DNA of 64,000 nt from Auanema rhodensis (lineage: Eukaryota; Animalia; Nematoda). The position numbers and the translations under genes are program-made. Shown here piece by piece: positions 53,501 through 64,000 of this stretch. The stretch spans positions 248,001 through 312,000 of the forward strand of contig CAXKVF010000080.1 of assembly GCA_964057225.1 (NCBI GenBank), in the 5' to 3' direction. Every line of letters begins with the position of its first letter. The first letter of the stretch is position 1. Under the pieces are notes generated by a model. It ran no database searches. It saw only the letters and a program-made list of their open reading frames with translations, and had not been told where the DNA came from.

Positions 53501-56490
53501 GTACACGTGATGTGCACTTGGTATGTAACTCGCTTCACGTGAAAGATAAAGAGATGCGGTTTTCAAAATTAGATTCCCCATGTCCATATTAGTCTAAAAA
53601 CAAATTTTTATTGATATTGGTTCATGGTAACCATGACTTTGAAATTTACGTGAACTTTAATTTATGCTAATTAAATGTACACGTGATGTGCACTTGGTAT
53701 GTAACTCGCTTCACGTGAAAGATAAAGAGATGCGGTTTTCAAAATTAGATTCCCCATGTCCATATTAGTCTAAAAACAAATTTTTATTGATATTAGTTCA
53801 TGGTAACCATGACTTTGAAATTTACGTGAACTTTAATTTATGCTAATTAAATGTACACGTGATGTGCACTTGGTATGTAACTCGCTTCACGTGAAAGATA
53901 AAGAGATGCGGTTTTCAAAATTAGATTCCCCATGTCCATATTAGTCTAAAAACAAATTTTTATTGATATTGGTTCATGGTAACCATGACTTTGAAATTTA
54001 CGTGAACTTTAATTTATGCTAATTAAATGTACACGTGATGTGCACTTGGTATGTAACTCGCTTCACGTGAAAGATAAAGAGATGCGGTTTTCAAAATTAG
54101 ATTCCCCATGTCCATATTAGTCTAAAAACAAATTTTTATTGATATTAGTTCATGGTAACCATGACTTTGAAATTTACGTGAACTTTAATTTATGCTAATT
54201 AAATGTACACGTGATGTGCACTTGGTATGTAACTCGCTTCACGTGAAAGATAAAGAGATGCGGTTTTCAAAATTAGATTCCCCATGTCCATATTAGTCTA
54301 AAAACAAATTTTTATTGATATTGGTTCATGGTAACCATGACTTTGAAATTTACGTGAACTTTAATTTATGCTAATTAAATGTACACGTGATGTGCACTTG
54401 GTATGTAACTCGCTTCACGTGAAAGATAAAGAGATGCGGTTTTCAAAATTAGATTCCCCATGTCCATATTAGTCTAAAAACAAATTTTTATTGATATTGG
54501 TTCATGGTAACCATGACTTTGAAATTTACGTGAACTTTAATTTATGCTAATTAAATGTACACGTGATGTGCACTTGGTATGTAACTCGCTTCACGTGAAA
54601 GATAAAAAGATGCGGTTTTCAAAATTAGATTCCCCATGTCCATATTAGTCTAAAAACAAATTTTTATTGATATTGGTTCATGGTAACCATGACTTTGAAA
54701 TTTACGTGAACTTTAATTTATGCTAATTAAATGTACACGTGATGTGCACTTGGTATGTAACTCGCTTCACGTGAAAGATAAAGAAATGCGGTTTTCAAAA
54801 TTAGATTCCCCATGTCCATATTAGTCTAAAAACAAATTTTTATTGATATTGGTTCATGGTAACCATGACTTTGAAATTTACGTGAACTTTAATTTATGCT
54901 AATTAAATGTACACGTGATGTGCACTTGGTATGTAACTCGCTTCACGTGAAAGATAAAGAGATGCGGTTTTCAAAATTAGATTCCCCATGTCCATATTAG
55001 TCTAAAAACAAATTTTTATTGATATTGCTTCATGGTAACCATGACTTTGAAATTTACGTGAACTTTAATTTATGCTAATTAAATGTACACGTGATGTGCA
55101 CTTGGTATGTAACTCGCTTCACGTGAAAGATAAAGAGATGCGGTTTTCAAAATTAGATTCCCCATGTCCATATTACTCTAAAAACAAATTTTTATTGATA
55201 TTGGTTCATGGTAACCATGACTTTGAATTTTACGTGAACTTTAATTTATGCTAATTAAATGTACACGTGATGTGCACTTGGTATGTAACTCGCTTCACGT
55301 GAAAGATAAAGAAATGCGGTTTTCAAAATTAGATTCCCCATGTCCATATTAGTCTAAAAACAAATTTTTATTGATATTGGTTCATGGTAACCATGACTTT
55401 GAAATTTACGTGAACTTTAATTTATGCTAATTAAATGTACACGTGATGTGCACTTGGTATGTAACTCGCTTCACGTGAAAGATAAAGAAATGCGGTTTTC
55501 AAAATTAGATTCCCCATGTCCATATTAGTCTAAAAACAAATTTTTATTGATATTGGTTCATGGTAACCATGACTTTGAAATTTACGTGAACTTTAATTTA
55601 TGCTAATTAAATGTACACGTGATGTGCACTTGGTATGTAACTCGCTTCACGTGAAAGATAAAGAGATGCGGTTTTCAAAATTAGATTCCCCATGTCCATA
55701 TTAGTCTAAAAACAAATTTTTATTGATATTGCTTCATGGTAACCATGACTTTGAAATTTACGTGAACTTTAATTTATGCTAATTAAATGTACACGTGATG
55801 TGCACTTGGTATGTAACTCGCTTCACGTGAAAGATAAAGAGATGCGGTTTTCAAAATTAGATTCCCCATGTCCATATTACTCTAAAAACAAATTTTTATT
55901 GATATTGGTTCATGGTAACCATGACTTTGAATTTTACGTGAACTTTAATTTATGCTAATTAAATGTACACGTGATGTGCACTTGGTATGTAACTCGCTTC
56001 ACGTGAAAGATAAAGAAATGCGGTTTTCAAAATTAGATTCCCCATGTCCATATTAGTCTAAAAACAAATTTTTATTGATATTGGTTCATGGTAACCATGA
56101 CTTTGAAATTTACGTGAACTTTAATTTATGCTAATTAAATGTACACGTGATGTGCACTTGGTATGTAACTCGCTTCACGTGAAAGATAAAGAGATGCGGT
56201 TTTCAAAATTAGATTCCCCATGTCCATATTAGTCTAAAAACAATTTTTTATTGATATTGCTTCATGGTAACCATGACTTTGAAATTTACGTGAACTTTAA
56301 TTTATGCTAATTAAATGTACACGTGATGTGCACTTGGTATGTAACTCGCTTCACGTGAAAGATAAAGAAATGCGGTTTTCAAAATTAGATTCCCCATGTC
56401 CATATTAGTCTAAAAACAATTTTTTATTGATATTGCTTCATGGTAACCATGACTTTGAAATTTACGTGAACTTTAATTTATGCTAATTAA

Positions 56491-59400
56491 ATGTACACGT
56501 GATGTGCACTTGGTATGTAACTCGCTTCACGTGAAAGATAAAGAAATGCGGTTTTCAAAATTAGATTCCCCATGTCCATATTAGTCTAAAAACAAATTTT
56601 TATTGATATTGGTTCATGGTAACCATGACTTTGAAATTTACGTGAACTTTAATTTATGCTAATTAAATGTACACGTGATGTGCACTTGGTATGTAACTCG
56701 CTTCACGTGAAAGATAAAGAGATGCGGTTTTCAAAATTAGATTCCCCATGTCCATATTAGTCTAAAAACAAATTTTTATTGATATTGCTTCATGGTAACC
56801 ATGACTTTGAAATTTACGTGAACTTTAATTTATGCTAATTAAATGTACACGTGATGTGCACTTGGTATGTAACTCGCTTCACGTGAAAGATAAAGAGATG
56901 CGGTTTTCAAAATTAGATTCCCCATGTCCATATTAGTCTAAAAACAAATTTTTATTGATATTGGTTCATGGTAACCATGACTTTGAATTTTACGTGAACT
57001 TTAATTTATGCTAATTAAATGTACACGTGATGTGCACTTGGTATGTAACTCGCTTCACGTGAAAGATAAAGAGATGCGGTTTTCAAAATTAGATTCCCCA
57101 TGTCCATATTAGTCTAAAAACAAATTTTTATTGATATTGGTGCATGGTAACCATGACTTTGAAATTTACGTGAACTTTAGTTTATGCTAATTAAATGTAC
57201 ACGTGATGTGCACTTGGTATGTAACTCGCTTCACGTGAAAGATAAAGAGATGCGGTTTTCAAAATTAGATTCCCCATGTCCATATTAGTCTAAAAACAAA
57301 TTTTTATTGATATTGGTGCATGGTAACCATGACTTTGAAATTTACGTGAACTTTAATTTATGCTAATTAAATGTACACGTGATGTGCACTTGGTATGTAA
57401 CTCGCTTCACGTGAAAGATAAAGAGATGCGGTTTTCAAAATTAGATTCCCCATGTCCATATTAGTCTAAAAACAAATTTTTATTGATATTGGTTCATGGT
57501 AACCATGACTTTGAAATTTACGTGAACTTTAATTTATGCTAATTAAATGTACACGTGATGTGCACTTGGTATGTAACTCGCTTCACGTGAAAGATAAAGA
57601 GATGCGGTTTTCAAAATTAGATTCCCCATGTCCATATTAGTCTAAAAACAAATTTTTATTGATATTGGTTCATGGTAACCATGACTTTGAAATTTACGTG
57701 AACTTTAATTTATGCTAATTAAATGTACACGTGATGTGCACTTGGTATGTAACTCGCTTCACGTGAAAGATAAAGAGATGCGGTTTTCAAAATTAGATTT
57801 CCCATGTCCATATTAGTCTAAAAACAAATTTTTATTGATATTGCTTCATGGTAACCATGACTTTGAAATTTACGTGAACTTTAATTTATGCTAATTAAAT
57901 GTACACGTGATGTGCACTTGGTATGTAACTCGCTTCACGTGAAAGATAAAGAGATGCGGTTTTCAAAATTAGATTCCCCATGTCCATATTAGTCTAAAAA
58001 CAAATTTTTATTGATATTGGTGCATGGTAACCATGACTTTGAAATTTACGTGAACTTTAATTTATGCTAATTAAATGTACACGTGATGTGCACTTGGTAT
58101 GTAACTCGCTTCACGTGAAAGATAAAGAGATGCGGTTTTCAAAATTAGATTCCCCATGTCCATATTAGTCTAAAAACAAATTTTTATTGATATTGCTTCA
58201 TGGTAACCATGACTTTGAAATTTACGTGAACTTTAATTTATGCTAATTAAATGTACACGTGATGTGCACTTGGTATGTAACTCGCTTCACGTGAAAGATA
58301 TAGAGATGCGGTTTTCAAAATTAGATTCCCCATGTCCATATTAGTCTAAAAACAAATTTTTATTGATATTGCTTCATGGTAACCATGACTTTGAAATTTA
58401 CGTGAACTTTAATTTATGCTAATTAAATGTACACGTGATGTGCACTTGGTATGTAACTCGCTTCACGTGAAAGATAAAGAGATGCGGTTTTCAAAATTAG
58501 ATTCCCCATGTCCATATTAGTCTAAAAACAAATTTTTATTGATATTGCTTCATGGTAACCATGACTTTGAAATTTACGTGAACTTTAATTTATGCTAATT
58601 AAATGTACACGTGATGTGCACTTGGTATGTAACTCGCTTCACGTGAAAGATAAAGAGATGCGGTTTTCAAAATTAGATTCCCCATGTCCATATTACTCTA
58701 AAAACAAATTTTTATTGATATTGGTTCATGGTAACCATGACTTTGAATTTTACGTGAACTTTAATTTATGCTAATTAAATGTACACGTGATGTGCACTTG
58801 GTATGTAACTCGCTTCACGTGAAAGATAAAGAAATGCGGTTTTCAAAATTAGATTCCCCATGTCCATATTAGTCTAAAAACAAATTTTTATTGATATTGG
58901 TTCATGGTAACCATGACTTTGAAATTTACGTGAACTTTAATTTATGCTAATTAAATGTACACGTGATGTGCACTTGGTATGTAACTCGCTTCACGTGAAA
59001 GATAAAGAGATGCGGTTTTCAAAATTAGATTCCCCATGTCCATATTAGTCTAAAAACAAATTTTTATTGATATTGCTTCATGGTAACCATGACTTTGAAA
59101 TTTACGTGAACTTTAATTTATGCTAATTAAATGTACACGTGATGTGCACTTGGTATGTAACTCGCTTCACGTGAAAGATAAAGAGATGCGGTTTTCAAAA
59201 TTAGATTCCCCATGTCCATATTAGTCTAAAAACAAATTTTTATTGATATTGGTTCATGGTAACCATGACTTTGAATTTTACGTGAACTTTAATTTATGCT
59301 AATTAAATGTACACGTGATGTGCACTTGGTATGTAACTCGCTTCACGTGAAAGATAAAGAGATGCGGTTTTCAAAATTAGATTCCCCATGTCCATATTAG

Positions 59401-62400
59401 TCTAAAAACAAATTTTTATTGATATTGGTGCATGGTAACCATGACTTTGAAATTTACGTGAACTTTAGTTTATGCTAATTAAATGTACACGTGATGTGCA
59501 CTTGGTATGTAACTCGCTTCACGTGAAAGATAAAGAGATGCGGTTTTCAAAATTAGATTCCCCATGTCCATATTAGTCTAAAAACAAATTTTTATTGATA
59601 TTGGTGCATGGTAACCATGACTTTGAAATTTACGTGAACTTTAATTTATGCTAATTAAATGTACACGTGATGTGCACTTGGTATGTAACTCGCTTCACGT
59701 GAAAGATAAAGAGATGCGGTTTTCAAAATTAGATTCCCCATGTCCATATTAGTCTAAAAACAAATTTTTATTGATATTGGTTCATGGTAACCATGACTTT
59801 GAAATTTACGTGAACTTTAATTTATGCTAATTAAATGTACACGTGATGTGCACTTGGTATGTAACTCGCTTCACGTGAAAGATAAAGAGATGCGGTTTTC
59901 AAAATTAGATTCCCCATGTCCATATTAGTCTAAAAACAAATTTTTATTGATATTGGTTCATGGTAACCATGACTTTGAAATTTACGTGAACTTTAATTTA
60001 TGCTAATTAAATGTACACGTGATGTGCACTTGGTATGTAACTCGCTTCACGTGAAAGATAAAGAGATGCGGTTTTCAAAATTAGATTCCCCATGTCCATA
60101 TTAGTCTAAAAACAAATTTTTATTGATATTGCTTCATGGTAACCATGACTTTGAAATTTACGTGAACTTTAATTTATGCTAATTAAATGTACACGTGATG
60201 TGCACTTGGTATGTAACTCGCTTCACGTGAAAGATAAAGAGATGCGGTTTTCAAAATTAGATTCCCCATGTCCATATTAGTCTAAAAACAAATTTTTATT
60301 GATATTGGTGCATGGTAACCATGACTTTGAAATTTACGTGAACTTTAATTTATGCTAATTAAATGTACACGTGATGTGCACTTGGTATGTAACTCGCTTC
60401 ACGTGAAAGATAAAGAGATGCGGTTTTCAAAATTAGATTCCCCATGTCCATATTAGTCTAAAAACAAATTTTTATTGATATTGCTTCATGGTAACCATGA
60501 CTTTGAAATTTACGTGAACTTTAATTTATGCTAATTAAATGTACACGTGATGTGCACTTGGTATGTAACTCGCTTCACGTGAAAGATATAGAGATGCGGT
60601 TTTCAAAATTAGATTCCCCATGTCCATATTAGTCTAAAAACAAATTTTTATTGATATTGCTTCATGGTAACCATGACTTTGAAATTTACGTGAACTTTAA
60701 TTTATGCTAATTAAATGTACACGTGATGTGCACTTGGTATGTAACTCGCTTCACGTGAAAGATAAAGAGATGCGGTTTTCAAAATTAGATTCCCCATGTC
60801 CATATTAGTCTAAAAACAAATTTTTATTGATATTGCTTCATGGTAACCATGACTTTGAAATTTACGTGAACTTTAATTTATGCTAATTAAATGTACACGT
60901 GATGTGCACTTGGTATGTAACTCGCTTCACGTGAAAGATAAAGAGATGCGGTTTTCAAAATTAGATTCCCCATGTCCATATTAGTCTAAAAACAAATTTT
61001 TATTGATATTGCTTCATGGTAACCATGACTTTGAAATTTACGTGAACTTTAATTTATGCTAATTAAATGTACACGTGATGTGCACTTGGTATGTAACTCG
61101 CTTCACGTGAAAGATAAAGAGATGCGGTTTTCAAAATTAGATTCCCCATGTCCATATTACTCTAAAAACAAATTTTTATTGATATTGGTTCATGGTAACC
61201 ATGACTTTGAATTTTACGTGAACTTTAATTTATGCTAATTAAATGTACACGTGATGTGCACTTGGTATGTAACTCGCTTCACGTGAAAGATAAAGAAATG
61301 CGGTTTTCAAAATTAGATTCCCCATGTCCATATTAGTCTAAAAACAAATTTTTATTGATATTGGTTCATGGTAACCATGACTTTGAAATTTACGTGAACT
61401 TTAATTTATGCTAATTAAATGTACACGTGATGTGCACTTGGTATGTAACTCGCTTCACGTGAAAGATAAAGAGATGCGGTTTTCAAAATTAGATTCCCCA
61501 TGTCCATATTAGTCTAAAAACAAATTTTTATTGATATTGCTTCATGGTAACCATGACTTTGAAATTTACGTGAACTTTAATTTATGCTAATTAAATGTAC
61601 ACGTGATGTGCACTTGGTATGTAACTCGCTTCACGTGAAAGATAAAGAGATGCGGTTTTCAAAATTAGATTCCCCATGTCCATATTAGTCTAAAAACAAA
61701 TTTTTATTGATATTGGTTCATGGTAACCATGACTTTGAATTTTACGTGAACTTTAATTTATGCTAATTAAATGTACACGTGATGTGCACTTGGTATGTAA
61801 CTCGCTTCACGTGAAAGATAAAGAGATGCGGTTTTCAAAATTAGATTCCCCATGTCCATATTAGTCTAAAAACAAATTTTTATTGATATTGGTGCATGGT
61901 AACCATGACTTTGAAATTTACGTGAACTTTAGTTTATGCTAATTAAATGTACACGTGATGTGCACTTGGTATGTAACTCGCTTCACGTGAAAGATAAAGA
62001 GATGCGGTTTTCAAAATTAGATTCCCCATGTCCATATTAGTCTAAAAACAAATTTTTATTGATATTGGTGCATGGTAACCATGACTTTGAAATTTACGTG
62101 AACTTTAATTTATGCTAATTAAATGTACACGTGATGTGCACTTGGTATGTAACTCGCTTCACGTGAAAGATAAAGAGATGCGGTTTTCAAAATTAGATTC
62201 CCCATGTCCATATTAGTCTAAAAACAAATTTTTATTGATATTGGTTCATGGTAACCATGACTTTGAAATTTACGTGAACTTTAATTTATGCTAATTAAAT
62301 GTACACGTGATGTGCACTTGGTATGTAACTCGCTTCACGTGAAAGATAAAGAGATGCGGTTTTCAAAATTAGATTCCCCATGTCCATATTAGTCTAAAAA

Positions 62401-63706
62401 CAAATTTTTATTGATATTGGTTCATGGTAACCATGACTTTGAAATTTACGTGAACTTTAATTTATGCTAATTAAATGTACACGTGATGTGCACTTGGTAT
62501 GTAACTCGCTTCACGTGAAAGATAAAGAGATGCGGTTTTCAAAATTAGATTCCCCATGTCCATATTAGTCTAAAAACAAATTTTTATTGATATTGCTTCA
62601 TGGTAACCATGACTTTGAAATTTACGTGAACTTTAATTTATGCTAATTAAATGTACACGTGATGTGCACTTGGTATGTAACTCGCTTCACGTGAAAGATA
62701 AAGAGATGCGGTTTTCAAAATTAGATTCCCCATGTCCATATTAGTCTAAAAACAAATTTTTATTGATATTGGTGCATGGTAACCATGACTTTGAAATTTA
62801 CGTGAACTTTAATTTATGCTAATTAAATGTACACGTGATGTGCACTTGGTATGTAACTCGCTTCACGTGAAAGATAAAGAGATGCGGTTTTCAAAATTAG
62901 ATTCCCCATGTCCATATTAGTCTAAAAACAAATTTTTATTGATATTGCTTCATGGTAACCATGACTTTGAAATTTACGTGAACTTTAATTTATGCTAATT
63001 AAATGTACACGTGATGTGCACTTGGTATGTAACTCGCTTCACGTGAAAGATATAGAGATGCGGTTTTCAAAATTAGATTCCCCATGTCCATATTAGTCTA
63101 AAAACAAATTTTTATTGATATTGCTTCATGGTAACCATGACTTTGAAATTTACGTGAACTTTAATTTATGCTAATTAAATGTACACGTGATGTGCACTTG
63201 GTATGTAACTCGCTTCACTTGAAAGATAAAGAGATGCGGTTTTCAAAATTAGATTCCCCATGTCCATATTAGTCTAAAAACAAATTTTTATTGATATTGC
63301 TTCATGGTAACCATGACTTTGAAATTTACGTGAACTTTAATTTATGCTAATTAAATGTACACGTGATGTGCACTTGGTATGTAACTCGCTTCACGTGAAA
63401 GATAAAGAGATGCGGTTTTCAAAATTAGATTCCCCATGTCCATATTAGTCTAAAAACAAATTTTTATTGATATTGCTTCATGGTAACCATGACTTTGAAA
63501 TTTACGTGAACTTTAATTTATGCTAATTAAATGTACACGTGATGTGCACTTGGTATGTAACTCGCTTCACGTGAAAGATAAAGAGATGCGGTTTTCAAAA
63601 TTAGATTCCCCATGTCCATATTAGTCTAAAAACAAATTTTTATTGATATTGCTTCATGGTAACCATGACTTTGAAATTTACGTGAACTTTAATTTATGCT
63701 AATTAA
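56491..63706. repeat. 13/14-mer higher-order repeat, about 3 tandem copies (starting 56491, 58779, 61243)
   Basis: Repeating series: G55A, GCTT, A146T, A162G, GGTG, GGTT, GGTT, GCTT, GGTG, GCTT, A51T, GCTT(x1-2), G94C+A146T. A162G monomers start at 57019/59307/61771 and A51T monomers at 58251/60539/63003. Confidence 0.9.
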
Positions 63707-64000
63707 ATGTACACGTGATGTGCACTTGGTATGTAACTCGCTTCACGTGAAAGATAAAGAGATGCGGTTTTCAAAATTAGATTCCCCATGTCCATATTAG
63801 TCTAAAAACAAATTTTTATTGATATTGGTGCATGGTAACCATGACTTTGAAATTTACGTGAACTTTAATTTATGCTAATTAAATGTACACGTGATGTGCA
63901 CTTGGTATGTAACTCGCTTCACGTGAAAGATAAAGAGATGCGGTTTTCAAAATTAGATTCCCCATGTCCATATTAGTCTCAAAACAAATTTTTATTGATA

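Larger units (their letters stand above)
1..64000. repeat. 176-bp tandem satellite array (363 full monomers + 118 bp), centromere/pericentromere-like, running off both window ends
   Basis: ATGTACACGTGATG recurs at 1, 177, 529, 705 and onward, every 176 bp. The phase shifts only after four small deletions, and the last monomer starts at 63883. All copies share one orientation, with no unique sequence between them. The centromeric role is inferred from monomer length and homogeneity only. Confidence 0.99.

Noticed and set aside
55072-61238. Four identical 60-aa ORFs (55072, 55776, 58592, 61056; MLIKCTRDVHLV...)
   Set aside because: Each is just one satellite monomer in which G94C turns TAG into TAC. 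Identical copies follow the 4-mer and 13/14-mer duplications. There is no recognisable domain or gene context, and a near-open 60-codon frame among six frames is not surprising by chance. Ribo-seq or proteomics evidence would be needed to revive it.
1-64000. CRISPR array (palindromic repeats at regular spacing)
   Set aside because: The sequence between the palindromes is as invariant as the palindromes themselves, so there are no unique spacers. No cas genes or leader are present.
1-64000. The order of the four alleles as an information-bearing code, or a synthetic/collapsed-assembly artefact
   Set aside because: The order is adequately explained by nested duplications with private SNVs. That hierarchical variation argues for a natural array rather than a collapsed consensus, although individual blocks still need read validation.

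Overview
The whole 64,000-bp window is one uninterrupted, single-orientation, head-to-tail satellite DNA array. The monomer is 176 bp and about 32% GC. There are 363 complete monomers plus a 118-bp partial copy. Consensus, in window phase: ATGTACACGTGATGTGCACTTGGTATGTAACTCGCTTCACGTGAAAGATAAAGAGATGCGGTTTTCAAAATTAGATTCCCCATGTCCATATTAGTCTAAAAACAAATTTTTATTGATATTGGTTCATGGTAACCATGACTTTGAAATTTACGTGAACTTTAATTTATGCTAATTAA. Copies differ from consensus by about 0-4 substitutions, and I found only four small deletions (6 bp in total). Monomer length, AT richness, homogeneity and array size fit a eukaryotic centromeric or pericentromeric satellite; this is inference, and I could not assign a named family or species. 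I see no credible genes, RNA genes, transposon insertions, inversions or CRISPR spacers. The four 60-aa ORFs arise from one SNV (G94C) that removes a stop codon. The informative structure lies in the variants, read by eye. They show (i) a four-state polymorphic site next to a nearly invariant 15-bp palindrome, (ii) multi-kb allele domains, (iii) local higher-order repeats (HORs) and duplications with periods of 3-34 monomers, (iv) mosaic monomers suggesting gene conversion, and (v) a singleton/indel-rich junction zone. Each monomer also carries three ACGTGA motifs at 32-33 bp spacing and several dyad symmetries. I found no novel protein-coding system. Variant names such as G74T use monomer positions; monomer n starts at 1+176(n-1) up to the first deletion.
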